From Scyliorhinus canicula (taxonomy: Eukaryota), in the NCBI RefSeq assembly GCF_902713615.1, contig NC_052157.1, positions 140,779,171 through 140,843,170 on the forward strand: a DNA stretch of 64,000 nt. Reading direction: 5' to 3'. Shown one piece after another: positions 11,876 to 23,800 of the stretch. Numbering within the stretch: position 1 is the first letter of the stretch; each line of letters begins with the position of its first letter. The position numbers were made by a program, and so were the translations under genes. The notes under the pieces were generated by a model. The model had not been told where the DNA came from and searched no databases. It was given only the letters and a program-made list of their open reading frames with translations.

Positions 11876-14800
11876 CTGCAGAACATAAACAATGTTATCA
11901 AATGTTCATTAAAAATGCAGAACAGTTTCCTGTACTTACAAAAGTGGTCACGACCTTCAACTATTCTAGTAATTTACTGCCGTTAAATATTTTTCTGCCC
12001 AAATTACAGGCAATTGCGCTGTTACTTTAATAATTTGCGACAATGCGAAATGTTAAAAGCAATGCAATTGGACGTATTAAACAAATTACAACCTTTACTT
12101 TCAGATAATCTTGTTGTGCATTTAAAGTTAAATAAATTGTGCAACTAAAGATATAATCTCACTGCTAAACTTCTTGATTAGTAAAATGCGTATTGCAAAG
12201 ACGTTCCATCTAGCTATTTTCTAAATCTTTTAACTTCAATTAAGCTATGAATTCCAGCAATGTACCAACCAAATCCCACTTGAACTTTGTTTAAATTTTG
12301 TACATAAAGTTATGTCACTTTTCTAAGCGTGCCATTGGGAAAGCATAATAATTACTTTGAGCCAGAGAAAGTTTTCCCCAGAATGCGAGTGTAAGCCCTA
12401 CTTTCTTACCGTCTATGTCGGGCCAGGCCAGAAAAAGCACTCTGTCAGGAAACTGCTCCAGGATTTCAGGGCCACTGGTCTAAAGTTACAAAAAGAAAAT
12501 GTAGCAATCAATACTTTCTGCCCTATCTTAGATTTAAGTCAACTATTTGTAAAGACTTTGGTCACCTGGCAACAATTTAAAAAAACATCTATAATTTTGA
12601 TCAATACTGTCAAATTAGTCAAACGATAGTTGGTGATCCAACACATCAGCAGCAGCAGAATTGTACTCAATCACAATCTGTAACCTCCTGGCCCGGATTA
12701 TCCCCCACTCTACCATAACCATCAACGCTGGTTCAATGAAGCATGAAAGAGGGCATGTCAGGAGAAGTACCAGGCTTACCTAAAAATGAGGTGCCAATCT
12801 GGTGAAGATAGAACACAGGACTACTTGCGTGCCAAAGAATAGAAGCAGCATGTGATAAGACAGAACTAAGCTATCCCACAACCAACGGATCACACCTAAG
12901 TTATGCAGTCCTGCCACATCCAGTCGTGAATGGTGGTGGACAATTAAATAACTAACAGGAGAAGGAAGCTTCACAAATATCCCCATCCTCAGCCCATCAC
13001 ATCAGAATAAAAGATGAGGTTGGAGCATTTGCAATCACCTTCACCGAAAAGGGCCGATTGAATGGTCCATCGTGACCGCCTCTTCAGGTCCCCAGCATCA
13101 CAGGTGTCAGTCTTCAGCCAATCCAATTCACTCCTCGTGATATCAAGTGCTGAAGGCACTGGATATTGCAAACGTTTTAGGCCCTGACAATACTCTGGCA
13201 GTAGTACTGAAGACTGGTGCTCCAGAACTAGCCATGTCCCTAGCCAAGCTGTTCCAGTACAGCTACCCACTGGTATCTACCCGCAATGTGGGAAATTATC
13301 CAGGTATGGCCTGCCGCAAAAAAAGGCAAATCCAACCCGACAAATTAAGACTCCACAAGTCTACTCTCGATCATTAGCAAAATGGTGGAAGGTGACATCA
13401 ACGGTGCTACCACGCAGCACTTACTCAGGAATAACGTGCCCACTGATGCTCAGTTTGGGTTCCGCCAGAGCCACTCTGCTCCTGGCCTTATTACAGCTTT
13501 AGTCCAAACACGTACAAAAGAGCTGAATCCAGAGGTGAAGTGGGAGTGACTGTCCTTGTCATCAAGGTAGTACCAGACCGAGTGTAGCACCAAGGAGCCC
13601 TAGCAAACTTCTCAGGGGAGAATTCTCCACTGGTTGGAGTCATTTCAAGGTAGGAACATACAAACATATGAATTAGGACCAGGAGGAGGCCATTCAGCCC
13701 CTCAAGCCTGCTTCGTCATTTGGTAAGATTATGGCTGATCTGAATATGGCCTCAACTCAACTCTCCTGCCTATCCCCTACACCTTTTGACAACAATCTAT
13801 CTGTCTCTGCCTTAAAAATAGTCAATGACTGTGCCTCCACAGCTCTGTGGGGAAGAAAATTCCTGATTCATGACCCTCTATGAGAAAACATTTCTGCTCA
13901 TCTTGGACTTTAATGGGAGACCAGTTATTCTTAAACTGTGCCCCTAGTTCTAGTGTCGCCCCCCAAAGAGAAATATCCTCTTGGCATCCACATGCATCAC
14001 CTTTAAGGATGTTTCAATAAGATCACCTCTCATTCTTCTAATCTCCAAAATATACAGGCTCAACCTGTCCAACCTTTCCTCATAAGATCCTTATCCCAGA
14101 ATCAGTCAAGTAACCATATTCTGTATAGGTTCTAATGAAATTAATTCTTAAATAAGGAGACCAAAACTATATTCAGTAATCTAGATGTGGTGTCACCAAT
14201 CCTTGTAGCAGGACTTCCCTACATTATATTCCATTCCCCTTCAATAAACATCAACATTCCATTGGCCTTCCTACTGACTAGCTGCATGTGTCTCTGTGTA
14301 CCAGGGATATAAGATCCCTGTGTACTGCAGAGTTCTGCAATCTCTCTCCATCTAATTAATATTCTGCATTTCCATCCTTCCTATAAAAATGGACAAGCTC
14401 ACATTTTCCCACTTGATATCCATTTGCCAAATATTTGCCCATCCACTTAACCTGTCTATATCCCTTTGCAGACTCACGTGCTCTTCACAAGTTAGTTTCC
14501 TACCCATCTCGTGTCAACAGAAAAGGTTTTTTTAACTTTAAAGTACTCAATTTGTTTTCCAATTAAGGGGCAATTTAGCATGGCCAATCCACCTACCCTG
14601 CATATTGTTGGGTTGTGAGGGTAAGACCCAAGCAGACACGGGGAGAATGCACAAACTTCATACAATGACCCAGGGCCGGGATCAAACCCAGGTCCTCAGT
14701 GCCGTGAGGCTGCAGCGCTAACCACAGTTCCATCTGTGAACAGAAAAGTTAACAAGCACGCATTTGGTCCCTTCATCAAAGTCATTGATATAGATTATAA

Positions 14801-17800
14801 TTAGTTTAGGCCCCATCATTGATCCTTGTGGCACTCCACTTGTTAACACCTTGCCAACCATTAAATGACCTATTTATGCCTAATCTCTGTTTCCTGTTAG
14901 CTGGTCAATCCTATATCTACGCTAATATGTTGCGCTCTACACCATGAGCTCTTGTTTTGTAGTAACCTTTGATGTGGCACCCTGTTAAATGTCTTATTGA
15001 AATCCACGTACACCACATCTACAAGTCTTCCTCTATCCTCATTGCTTGTTACTTCTTCAAAGTACAAAGGATGACTGATCTGGTGGTTGGAGTTTCAGGA
15101 TATCACTGCAGGGATTCCGCAGGGTATAATGTCCTAGATGCAAGCAACTGCAGCTGCTTCCTCAATGACCTTCCCTCCAACTTAGGTCAAAAATGGAGAG
15201 GTTCAATGATGATTGCACAATGTTCAGCACCATTTGCAACTCCTCAGATATTGAAGCAATCCGCGTCCATATGCAGTAAGATCTGGGCAATAATCTTGGG
15301 CTGATAAATAGCAAGTACAACTTGTGCCGCTTAAGTGTCAGGCAATGACCATCTCCACCAGGAGAGAATCTAACCATGTCCTCGATGTTCCATGGCATTG
15401 CCATTGCTGAATGGTAATGGCACTATCAACACCCTGGGAATTTCCATTGACCTGAAATTAAACTTTACCAGCCATATAACTACTTTGACTGCAGGAACAA
15501 GTCAGAGACTGGGAATTCTACAGCAAGTAACCCACCCCCTGACTCCCCAAAGCCTGTCCACCATCTACAAGGTACAAGTCAGGTGTGTGATGGGATACTC
15601 CACTTACCATTTGGATGGGTGAGCTCCAACAATACTCGAGAAGCTCGACACCATTCAGGACAACGTATCTGCCTTGAATGGCAACTCATCCACCACCTTC
15701 AACATCCACTCCCCCCACCACTGGTGCACAGTGACAGCAGTGTTTACCATCAACAAGACGCACTACAGAAACTCACCAAGGCTTCTTCAACAGCACCTTC
15801 CAAACCTGTGGCCTCTACCACTGAGAAGAACAATGGCAGCGGATGCATGGAAACACCACCACGTGCAAGTTCCCCTGAAAACCACACACCATCCTAACGT
15901 GGAACTATAGTGCAGTTCCTTCACTGTTGCTTCATCAAAATCCTAGAACTCCCTTCCTAACAGCACTCTGAGTGTACATATGAACTGCAACGGTTCAAGC
16001 TGACTCCTCACCACCACTTTCACGGGAGCAATTAGGGATGGCCACATCCCGTGAACAAATAAGAAGAGTATGTAATTTGTACAGTTCAACTCCATTTAAT
16101 ATGGAGTATTGAATATCCATATTGATTGAAATTTAATATAAACTACATATTTACTTATTCAGATGATCATAATTCATGTTCATACATTGCTTTTTTCCCC
16201 CATTTCTACGGGATGTGGGCTTCGCCGGGTAGGTCAGCGTTTGTTCCCCATCCCTAATTACCCTTGAGAAGGTGGGGATGAGCTGCCTTATTGAACTGCT
16301 GCAGTCCATGTGGTGTAGGTACATCCACTGTGCTTTTAGGGAGGGAGCTCCAGGATTTTGGAGGAAATAAATTTGAACTGTAACGCTGAATTTGCACCAT
16401 TCATGTTCTTAGGGCATCTCAAAGCAATGAATCACACTTTGGAGTGTACTCGTTTTTTGGAAAATGATGTTAATCGCTCATCTCATCTTGCTTATGTGTA
16501 AGATAGCTCTCGAGCTTGTTACAATGTTAGTTTCTACTGCTCATTATTCATGAGAGCTTCAGCTTCAATTTGACTGTGCAAAATACTTGTATTTTGCCCC
16601 GTTTTAGAATTCAACACCATGCTCTGCTCAGAGCCAGTTATATTCCAGTTGAGAAAAGGGGTGTGACTTAAATAGTGCTGTTAATAAGAATGTCTGCATA
16701 CATTAGCTGCAGAAAGGTTTCTGTGAAAATTCAGTGAGGCCAGAACAGTAGATTTAGAAGTAACTGAAAACAAACAACAAACTTTATTAATATACAATTT
16801 TATGCAACATTTCAATGGTCAGCAATCCTATTTCCCCCAATTAAAATTTGGATCGAGCTGCAAGGGGGTATATGGTTCAAGTTGCACGCGTCAAAGATAA
16901 CAGCGAGCAATCAGCCATGTGGAACCTGAACATAAGAAGCAGATACAAGAATAGGTCAGACACCCACTTGATCCCAACTCATCTCCTGCCTCAGCTCCAC
17001 TTTCCCGCCCACTTCACCTATCCCTTGATTCTCTGAGACACTAAGATTTTGTCTATCTCAGCATTAAACACTCTCAACAATGGAGTATCGACATCCTTCT
17101 CGGTAACACAAGTCCAAACTTTCACAACACTTTGAGAGAAGAAATTTCTCATCGCCCCAATCTCAAATGATCGACCTCTTATTCTAAAACCATCCCCATA
17201 TGTTCTAGATTTTCCAACCAGGGGAAACGTCTTCTCCATGCTTACCTTGTCAAGCCCTTCACACCCTTCTATGTTTCAAAGAGATCACCTCTCATTTTTC
17301 TGAATTTCAGGGAGAATATATCCAATTTACTCAGTCTCTTATTGTAGGCCAAGCCTCTGTCCCAAGAAACAATCAAGTGAACTATCATAATCCCACCTCA
17401 ATTACACCACCCATCCTACTCCTGACTTGTGCCTCATAGATGGCAGAAAACTTTGGGAAATCAGGAGGTGGGTTACCTGCTGGGTGGCACAATGGTTAGC
17501 ACTGCTACCTCACAGCCCCAGGGAGTCAGGTTCAATTCCAGCCTTGCGTAATTGTCCGTGTGGAGTTTACACATTCTCCCCGTGTCCGTGTGGGTTTCCT
17601 ACGGGTGCTCCGATTTCGTCCCACAGTCCAAAGATGTGCAGATTAGGTGGATTAGCCATGATCAATGTGTGGGTTTAGGGAAAAGGGCGGGGGACTGGGC
17701 CTAGGAAGAGTGCTCTTAGGGTTTGTGTAGACCCGATAGGCCACACGGCCTCCTTCTGCACTGTTGGGATTCTATGGTGTGGAAGCATATCTTTCTTTGG

Positions 17801-20800
17801 AGATGGAGAGCAAAACTGTACACAACATTGTGTGTTTTCACCAAAGCCCTATACAAAGGTAGCAATAGCTCCTTATTCTTGTACCCCAACTTGTTGGAAC
17901 GCTCTAAGGCTGAACATTGAGTCCCTTGTTAAAGATTTGACAGGGAGTTTGCTCCAAGAACAGAACTTACCCATTTTCTGGGTGATTTTATTACTGAACT
18001 TTCATTTTACTGTATTTACTATTACAAGGTGTGCAAAAAAAAGTGTTTGCGGCCTCTGTTGATTCTCGAAGTCACGCTTCATTCCAAAGAGAATGCCCCC
18101 TAATCTAGCCAAGCTTGAGAACAGAGCGTTGGCTAATAGCCTTAAAGTCAGCAAACCGTCTTGCATCATCCTATCATACTATTCCATGTAGACCGTTGCA
18201 ACTTGAAACAACTACAGAAAGTAGCAGACACTTGTAAAATTGTCGCAACCAGCAGGAGAAGTCAACCAGGAACTAACCTGATGATCCTTTCAAATAGTGG
18301 TGTGGGACAGGAGGCTGGAATGGCCTTGGTCCTTTTGCTCATCTTCAGTAAGATAGGATGCTGGCGAGAGTGTTGAGCTCTGAAATGGCAGATACTGGCG
18401 TCAAACCAGCATTACATGCCAACTGATGATGTGATCTACCTATTCTTCATACTTATACAAACATTCAATGCACATGCTATTGCCTGCACCAATATGGCAT
18501 CTGGTGCAATTCACATTACACTATTCACACATACCACAGATGCGATCTTGGAGATCCAGGGGAACTTGTGAAGCCTAACTTCTCATCCATTTACTATTGG
18601 ATACAAATTAAGAATTTAGAAGGAAGGGAAAAAGATTTGTTGACTATACATGGGGAAAAAAAGTGTAAATATATCCTAGAAAGCTAGTGGTCTTTAGACT
18701 GATGTAGCTGCTTTGTTATTTACCAATCGAAAACTTGTTGACCGTATCCTGTTACCACCGGCGCACAGTGGCAGTCATGTGTTCCATCTATAAGATGCAC
18801 TGCAGCAACACACCAAGGCACCTTAGGCAGCACTTACAAATCCACGACCACTACCTCCTAGCAGGACAAGGGCAGCAGTAACCTGGCAAACCCACCACCT
18901 GGAGGTTCTCCTCCAAGTCACTCACCATCCTGACTTGGACAAATTTCACCGTTCCTCCACTGTCGCTGGGTCAAAACCCTGTATTTCCTTCCTAGCAGCA
19001 CTGTGGGTGTACCCACACACTATGGACTGCAGCGGTTCAAGAAGGCACCTCGACACCACCTTCTCAAGGGTAATTCATAGTGGGCAATAAATGCTGGATT
19101 ATTCAGTGACACCCACAATGAATGAATTTTTAAAAAATGTCACATTCCTCTATCATCACTGTCATCACAGGACTCGAATGGCTCATGTCATACATAATGG
19201 AGAAAGGGTCTTCATTCCATAATTCATTTCCCTGACTTATCCCTTGCCAATGCTGTAACCTCTTCCAAATCCTTGCTCTTTTGACTCTGGCCCTCTTTCG
19301 ATACTTCCCTGCTGCTTCACCTTCAATAGCACAGTCTTGGGCTGTCTAAAACCCCGAACTGTAAAATTCTCCCTCACACCTTAAGGCATGCCATTTTTGC
19401 AAGCCTCTGTTCCTCTCCTAAACTCTTCTACCATTGCTTGGCCTTTGAAAGCACGTCAAGATAGTGTACTACATGAAAGGTGCTAGGTAAATGCAGATTG
19501 TTGTTATGTGCAGAATTTGAGTCTATCATTTCGTTGAAGTAGATCTGCATCGACCTTCGATTTATTTTTTTCAAAGCTGAGTTATTGCAAAATCAGCTCT
19601 TTTCTTTTGAACTAAATTAAAGGTAAAACAAAGGTAGAGTTGTTGCAGTTTTAAAGTTTAAGGCAAATGAAGCAAAATAGAAAAGAAAATGCAAAGTTTT
19701 CTATAAGTCACTCCGAACATGTTATTTAGTGGAACCACACGCAAAGTGACAGACAGAAGTCCCCACCTCACACATGACTCAAGTTACTCTGTAAAAGTCT
19801 TGTACGTACCACAATCTCTGAATATCGCATTTCTGGCGGATAAACAATATTTTTGTCAAATGCTATCAGATCTACTCCTTGGCTCTTCAGCAGATACTCC
19901 CAATATCCTGTTCCCTAACATCAAAAAAGAAGCAAGATTAAACATGGTATGTTAGAATCACAACTGATGATCAATTATTTGATGTAATCCTTTCTGACTA
20001 CATTGTTACCAGTATCCTGACCATAGCCATCATTCCCAGCACGCTGATCTAACAGTCAACCACCCTCTGTCAAGAACTGCTGAAACATTTGCTGACATCT
20101 TGCCATTTACAGTTCTGGATCTGTGGTGTCCTGCCCTGAAAGTATTGTCTGGACTTACTTACTCTATTCTATGCGTCCTATTGGTCTATAAAATTCCCTC
20201 TTAGTCTTCACTTTTCATGGCTGAAGAGCTCAAGATTATCAAGGTCTCCTCCATACTCCCCTCGAAAACATCACAGATTTGCTACTTTGCGCAGCTCGGT
20301 GTTAATTCCCAAGGCTGGTTGGAGCCCTTATTTCAAAGTGATCATGAGTGTAGCAGTAATCCGGATTACAGCCTGTGCCCAGGGCAATGTACTACCTCAG
20401 CATGACTTTGCGACCGTACAAATCAGGAGCTGAAGTAGGCCATTCGGCCCCACCAGCCTGCTCCGCCATTCAATAAGATCACGGCTGGTCCATTTGAGTT
20501 TCGAATTGCACATTCGCATCTATCCTGATAACCTTTGATTCCCTCGTCTAACAGGAATCTACCTACCTCCACCTTAAAAGTATTTACCGACCTCCATCTC
20601 CACTGCCTTCTGAGGCAGAGAGTGCCAAAGTTGCAAAACTCTCGGATAGAGAGTTCCTCCTCAACTCCCGTCTTAAAATCCCCTCATTTTAAAACAGTGC
20701 CCCCCACCGCCGCCCCCCCCCCCCCGAGTACTATACTAACCCACAAGAGGAAACATCCTTTCCAAGTCCGCCTTGTCAAGACTGTTCAAGATCTTCTATA

Positions 20801-23800
20801 CTTCAATTAAGTCACACCTCACTCTTCTTTTTTTTTTAAATAATTTTTATTCAAATTTTTCAACTACAATTTTCTCCCAAAATAAAATAAACAGAGTATA
20901 AAAATAAACAGAACCCCCCCAATACAAAGCAATAAATTAATAACAATACAAAAAAACAAGAAAGTAGCAAACAAACAGTCGCAAAAACAAACCCCCTTAA
21001 CAGATCCCTAACCCCCCCCCCCCCCCCCCCCCCCGGGTTGCTGCTGAGATTGACCACCCTCTAACCCTCCGCCAGAACATCGAGAAAGGGCTGCCACTGC
21101 CGGATGAACCCTTGTACCGACCCCCTCAGGGCAAACTTGATATTCTCCAGCCTGATGAACCCGGCCATGTCATTAACCCAGGCCTCTGGGCTCGGGGGCT
21201 TCGCGTCCCTCCACTGTAAAAGAATCCTACGCCGGGCTACTAGAGACGCAAAGGCCAGAATGCCGGCCTCTTTCACCTCCTGCACTCCCGGCTCCGATGC
21301 TACCCCAAAGACCGCGAGCCCCCAGCCAGGTTCCACCCTGGAGCCGACCACCTTGGACAAGGTCCCCGCCACCCTCTTCCAGAACCCCTCCAATGCCGGA
21401 CACGCCCAGAACATGTGGGTATGGTTCGTCGGGCCCCCCGAGCACCTCCCACATCTGTCCTCTCCCCCAAAGAACCGGCTCATCCTGGAACCAGTCATGT
21501 GCGCCCTATGCAGCACTTTCAACTGAATCAACACACCTCACTCTTCTAAACTTCTTTTCCAAACTCCAATTGAAACAAAGCCTTTCCTCATAAGACAACC
21601 CGCTCATTCCTGATATCAATCTAGTAAACCTCCTCTGAACCACCTTCAATTTTGGATGATCTGGACTCAACTGACTTTAAACCGTGTTTTTCTAGTTACT
21701 TATTTGTTTTTGCCGCACTTTCTTCAGCCATCTTGAACACCTACCTAAACATTAAACATTCCCCTTGGAAAGTTTTTGTCCACACATGAAAAACTTTTGG
21801 CTCCAAATTTTAATTCCAAACACAGCACCTTTTCATCCATACTGCTTTACATCAGGAAATACCACTCCATCTGTAAACTCTATTGATTCTTTGCAGTCCC
21901 AATCCCCTTTCCCGGCATGGCTCATCCACAAGTCTAACTACCTTGTATAATGACTGTAATTCCAGAGCATTAATAAACAGGACATCAAATCGAGAACCCT
22001 CTGGGCAGCCTGTTCCCATTGAAACGTGCAAAAATCTTACTGGGCTCAACAAGGTAGATGCAGGAAGATGTTCCCCCTGTCTGGGGTGTGGTGCCATCTG
22101 GATCCAGGGGACACAGTCTCAGAAAAAAGGATACATCATATCGAACTGAGATGAGGAGTAATTTCTGCACTCTGAGGGTGGTAAATCCTTGGAATTCTCT
22201 ACCCCACAGGGTTGTGGAGGCTCTGTCATTGAGTATGTTCAAGATAGATCAATAGATTTCATAGATGCATAAAATTTACAGTGCAGAAGGAGGCCATTCG
22301 GCCCATCGAGTCTGCACGGGCCCCTACAAAGAGCACCCTACTCAAGCCCACTCCTCCACCCTAGCCCCACAACCCAGCAACCCCACCTAACCTCTTTTGG
22401 ACATCAAGGGCAATTTATCATGGCCAATCCACCTAGCCCGCACATCTTTGGACTGTGGGAGGAAACCGGAGCACCCGGAGGAAACCCATGCAGACACAGG
22501 GAGAACGTGCAGACTCCGCACAGACAGTGACCCAAGCCGGGAAATGAACCTGGGACCCTAGAGCTGTGAAGCAACTGTGCTAACCACAATGCTACCATGC
22601 TGCATTTCTAGATAGAAAAATAAGGGATATGGGGATAGTGCAGGAAAATGGCGTTGAGGGAGAAGATCAGCCATGCTCCAACTGAAGAGCAGAGCTGCCT
22701 TGAGGAGCCAAATGTCGAACTCCTGCTCTCATTTACTCAGTTCAATTCAGTTCAATCCAAATCCGTGACTCACCTGGGTTTGTAACAGACACAGGCGGTA
22801 CATTATCATTTTGGAGGTTTAGCTAGATGCTGTCAAATGCATTTCTTCCTAATTTGCGATATTATCTTCTCAAAATGTTATATCGTTGAAAAGGGACATG
22901 GGAGATGTATTTCAGGTTTTTTTTAAATTCTAGAATTCCTGTAGTGCAGGGGAGGCCATTCGGCCCATCGGGTCTACACTGACCCTCTGAAAGATCACCT
23001 AACTGAAGCATACTCCCCCATCCTAACCCCATCACCCCACCTAACCAAGACATTTTTGGACATTAAGCTGCAATTTTGCATGGCCAATCCACCTAACCTG
23101 CACATCTTTGAATTATGAAGAGCATTTATAAATTGAATTTGGGGAAACTATTTACTTTCATTGGGGGTCTGTGACAAGGGATCATCAAGTTAGAATTGTC
23201 ACTTTTCTCAGAGTGAGAGGCAGTAGAAATGTCTTTACACAGATTGCCCCATGGGTTAATTGGGGCAGAGAACATTGCTCCATGGAATTGGTAAGAAGTC
23301 TTACAACACCAGGTTAAAGTCCAACAGGTTTGTTTCAAACACGAGCTTTCGGAGCACTGCTCCTTCCTCAGGTGAATGATTTGGTGAATGATTCACCTGA
23401 GGAAGGAGCAGTGCTCTGAAAGCTCGTGTTTGAAACAAACCTGTTGGACTTTAACCTGGTGTTGTAAGACTTCTTACTGTGCTCACCCCAGTCCAACGCC
23501 GGCATCTCCACATCATGGAATTGGTGGCAGCGAGGCATGGTGGTGGTGGTGGAACTGGAAGTCATTGATTCTCCCGGGAAGAGGTCAATGGGAGCGTGCT
23601 CAGTACACAGTACACTGCAAAAGATAATAATGGCATTTTCAAGTGCCCCAGGATGGTATGACTTTCTTCGGCTGGAAAAGGTCAAATACGAATTAAGGGG
23701 TTTGGCGGAGGGCTTCGAGGCAAGGTGGGTGAATATTCGTAGCCACGTTTGAGGAGCTGTCAATTGTGGAGTATGGAGTAAAGCACAGGGTAAATGGGAC

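Noticed and set aside
21012-21034. Long poly-C/G runs (also 23899, 24760, 30123, 41602) as special structures
   Set aside because: They are within L1 3' regions or MITE bodies, and homopolymer lengths are unreliable in assemblies.
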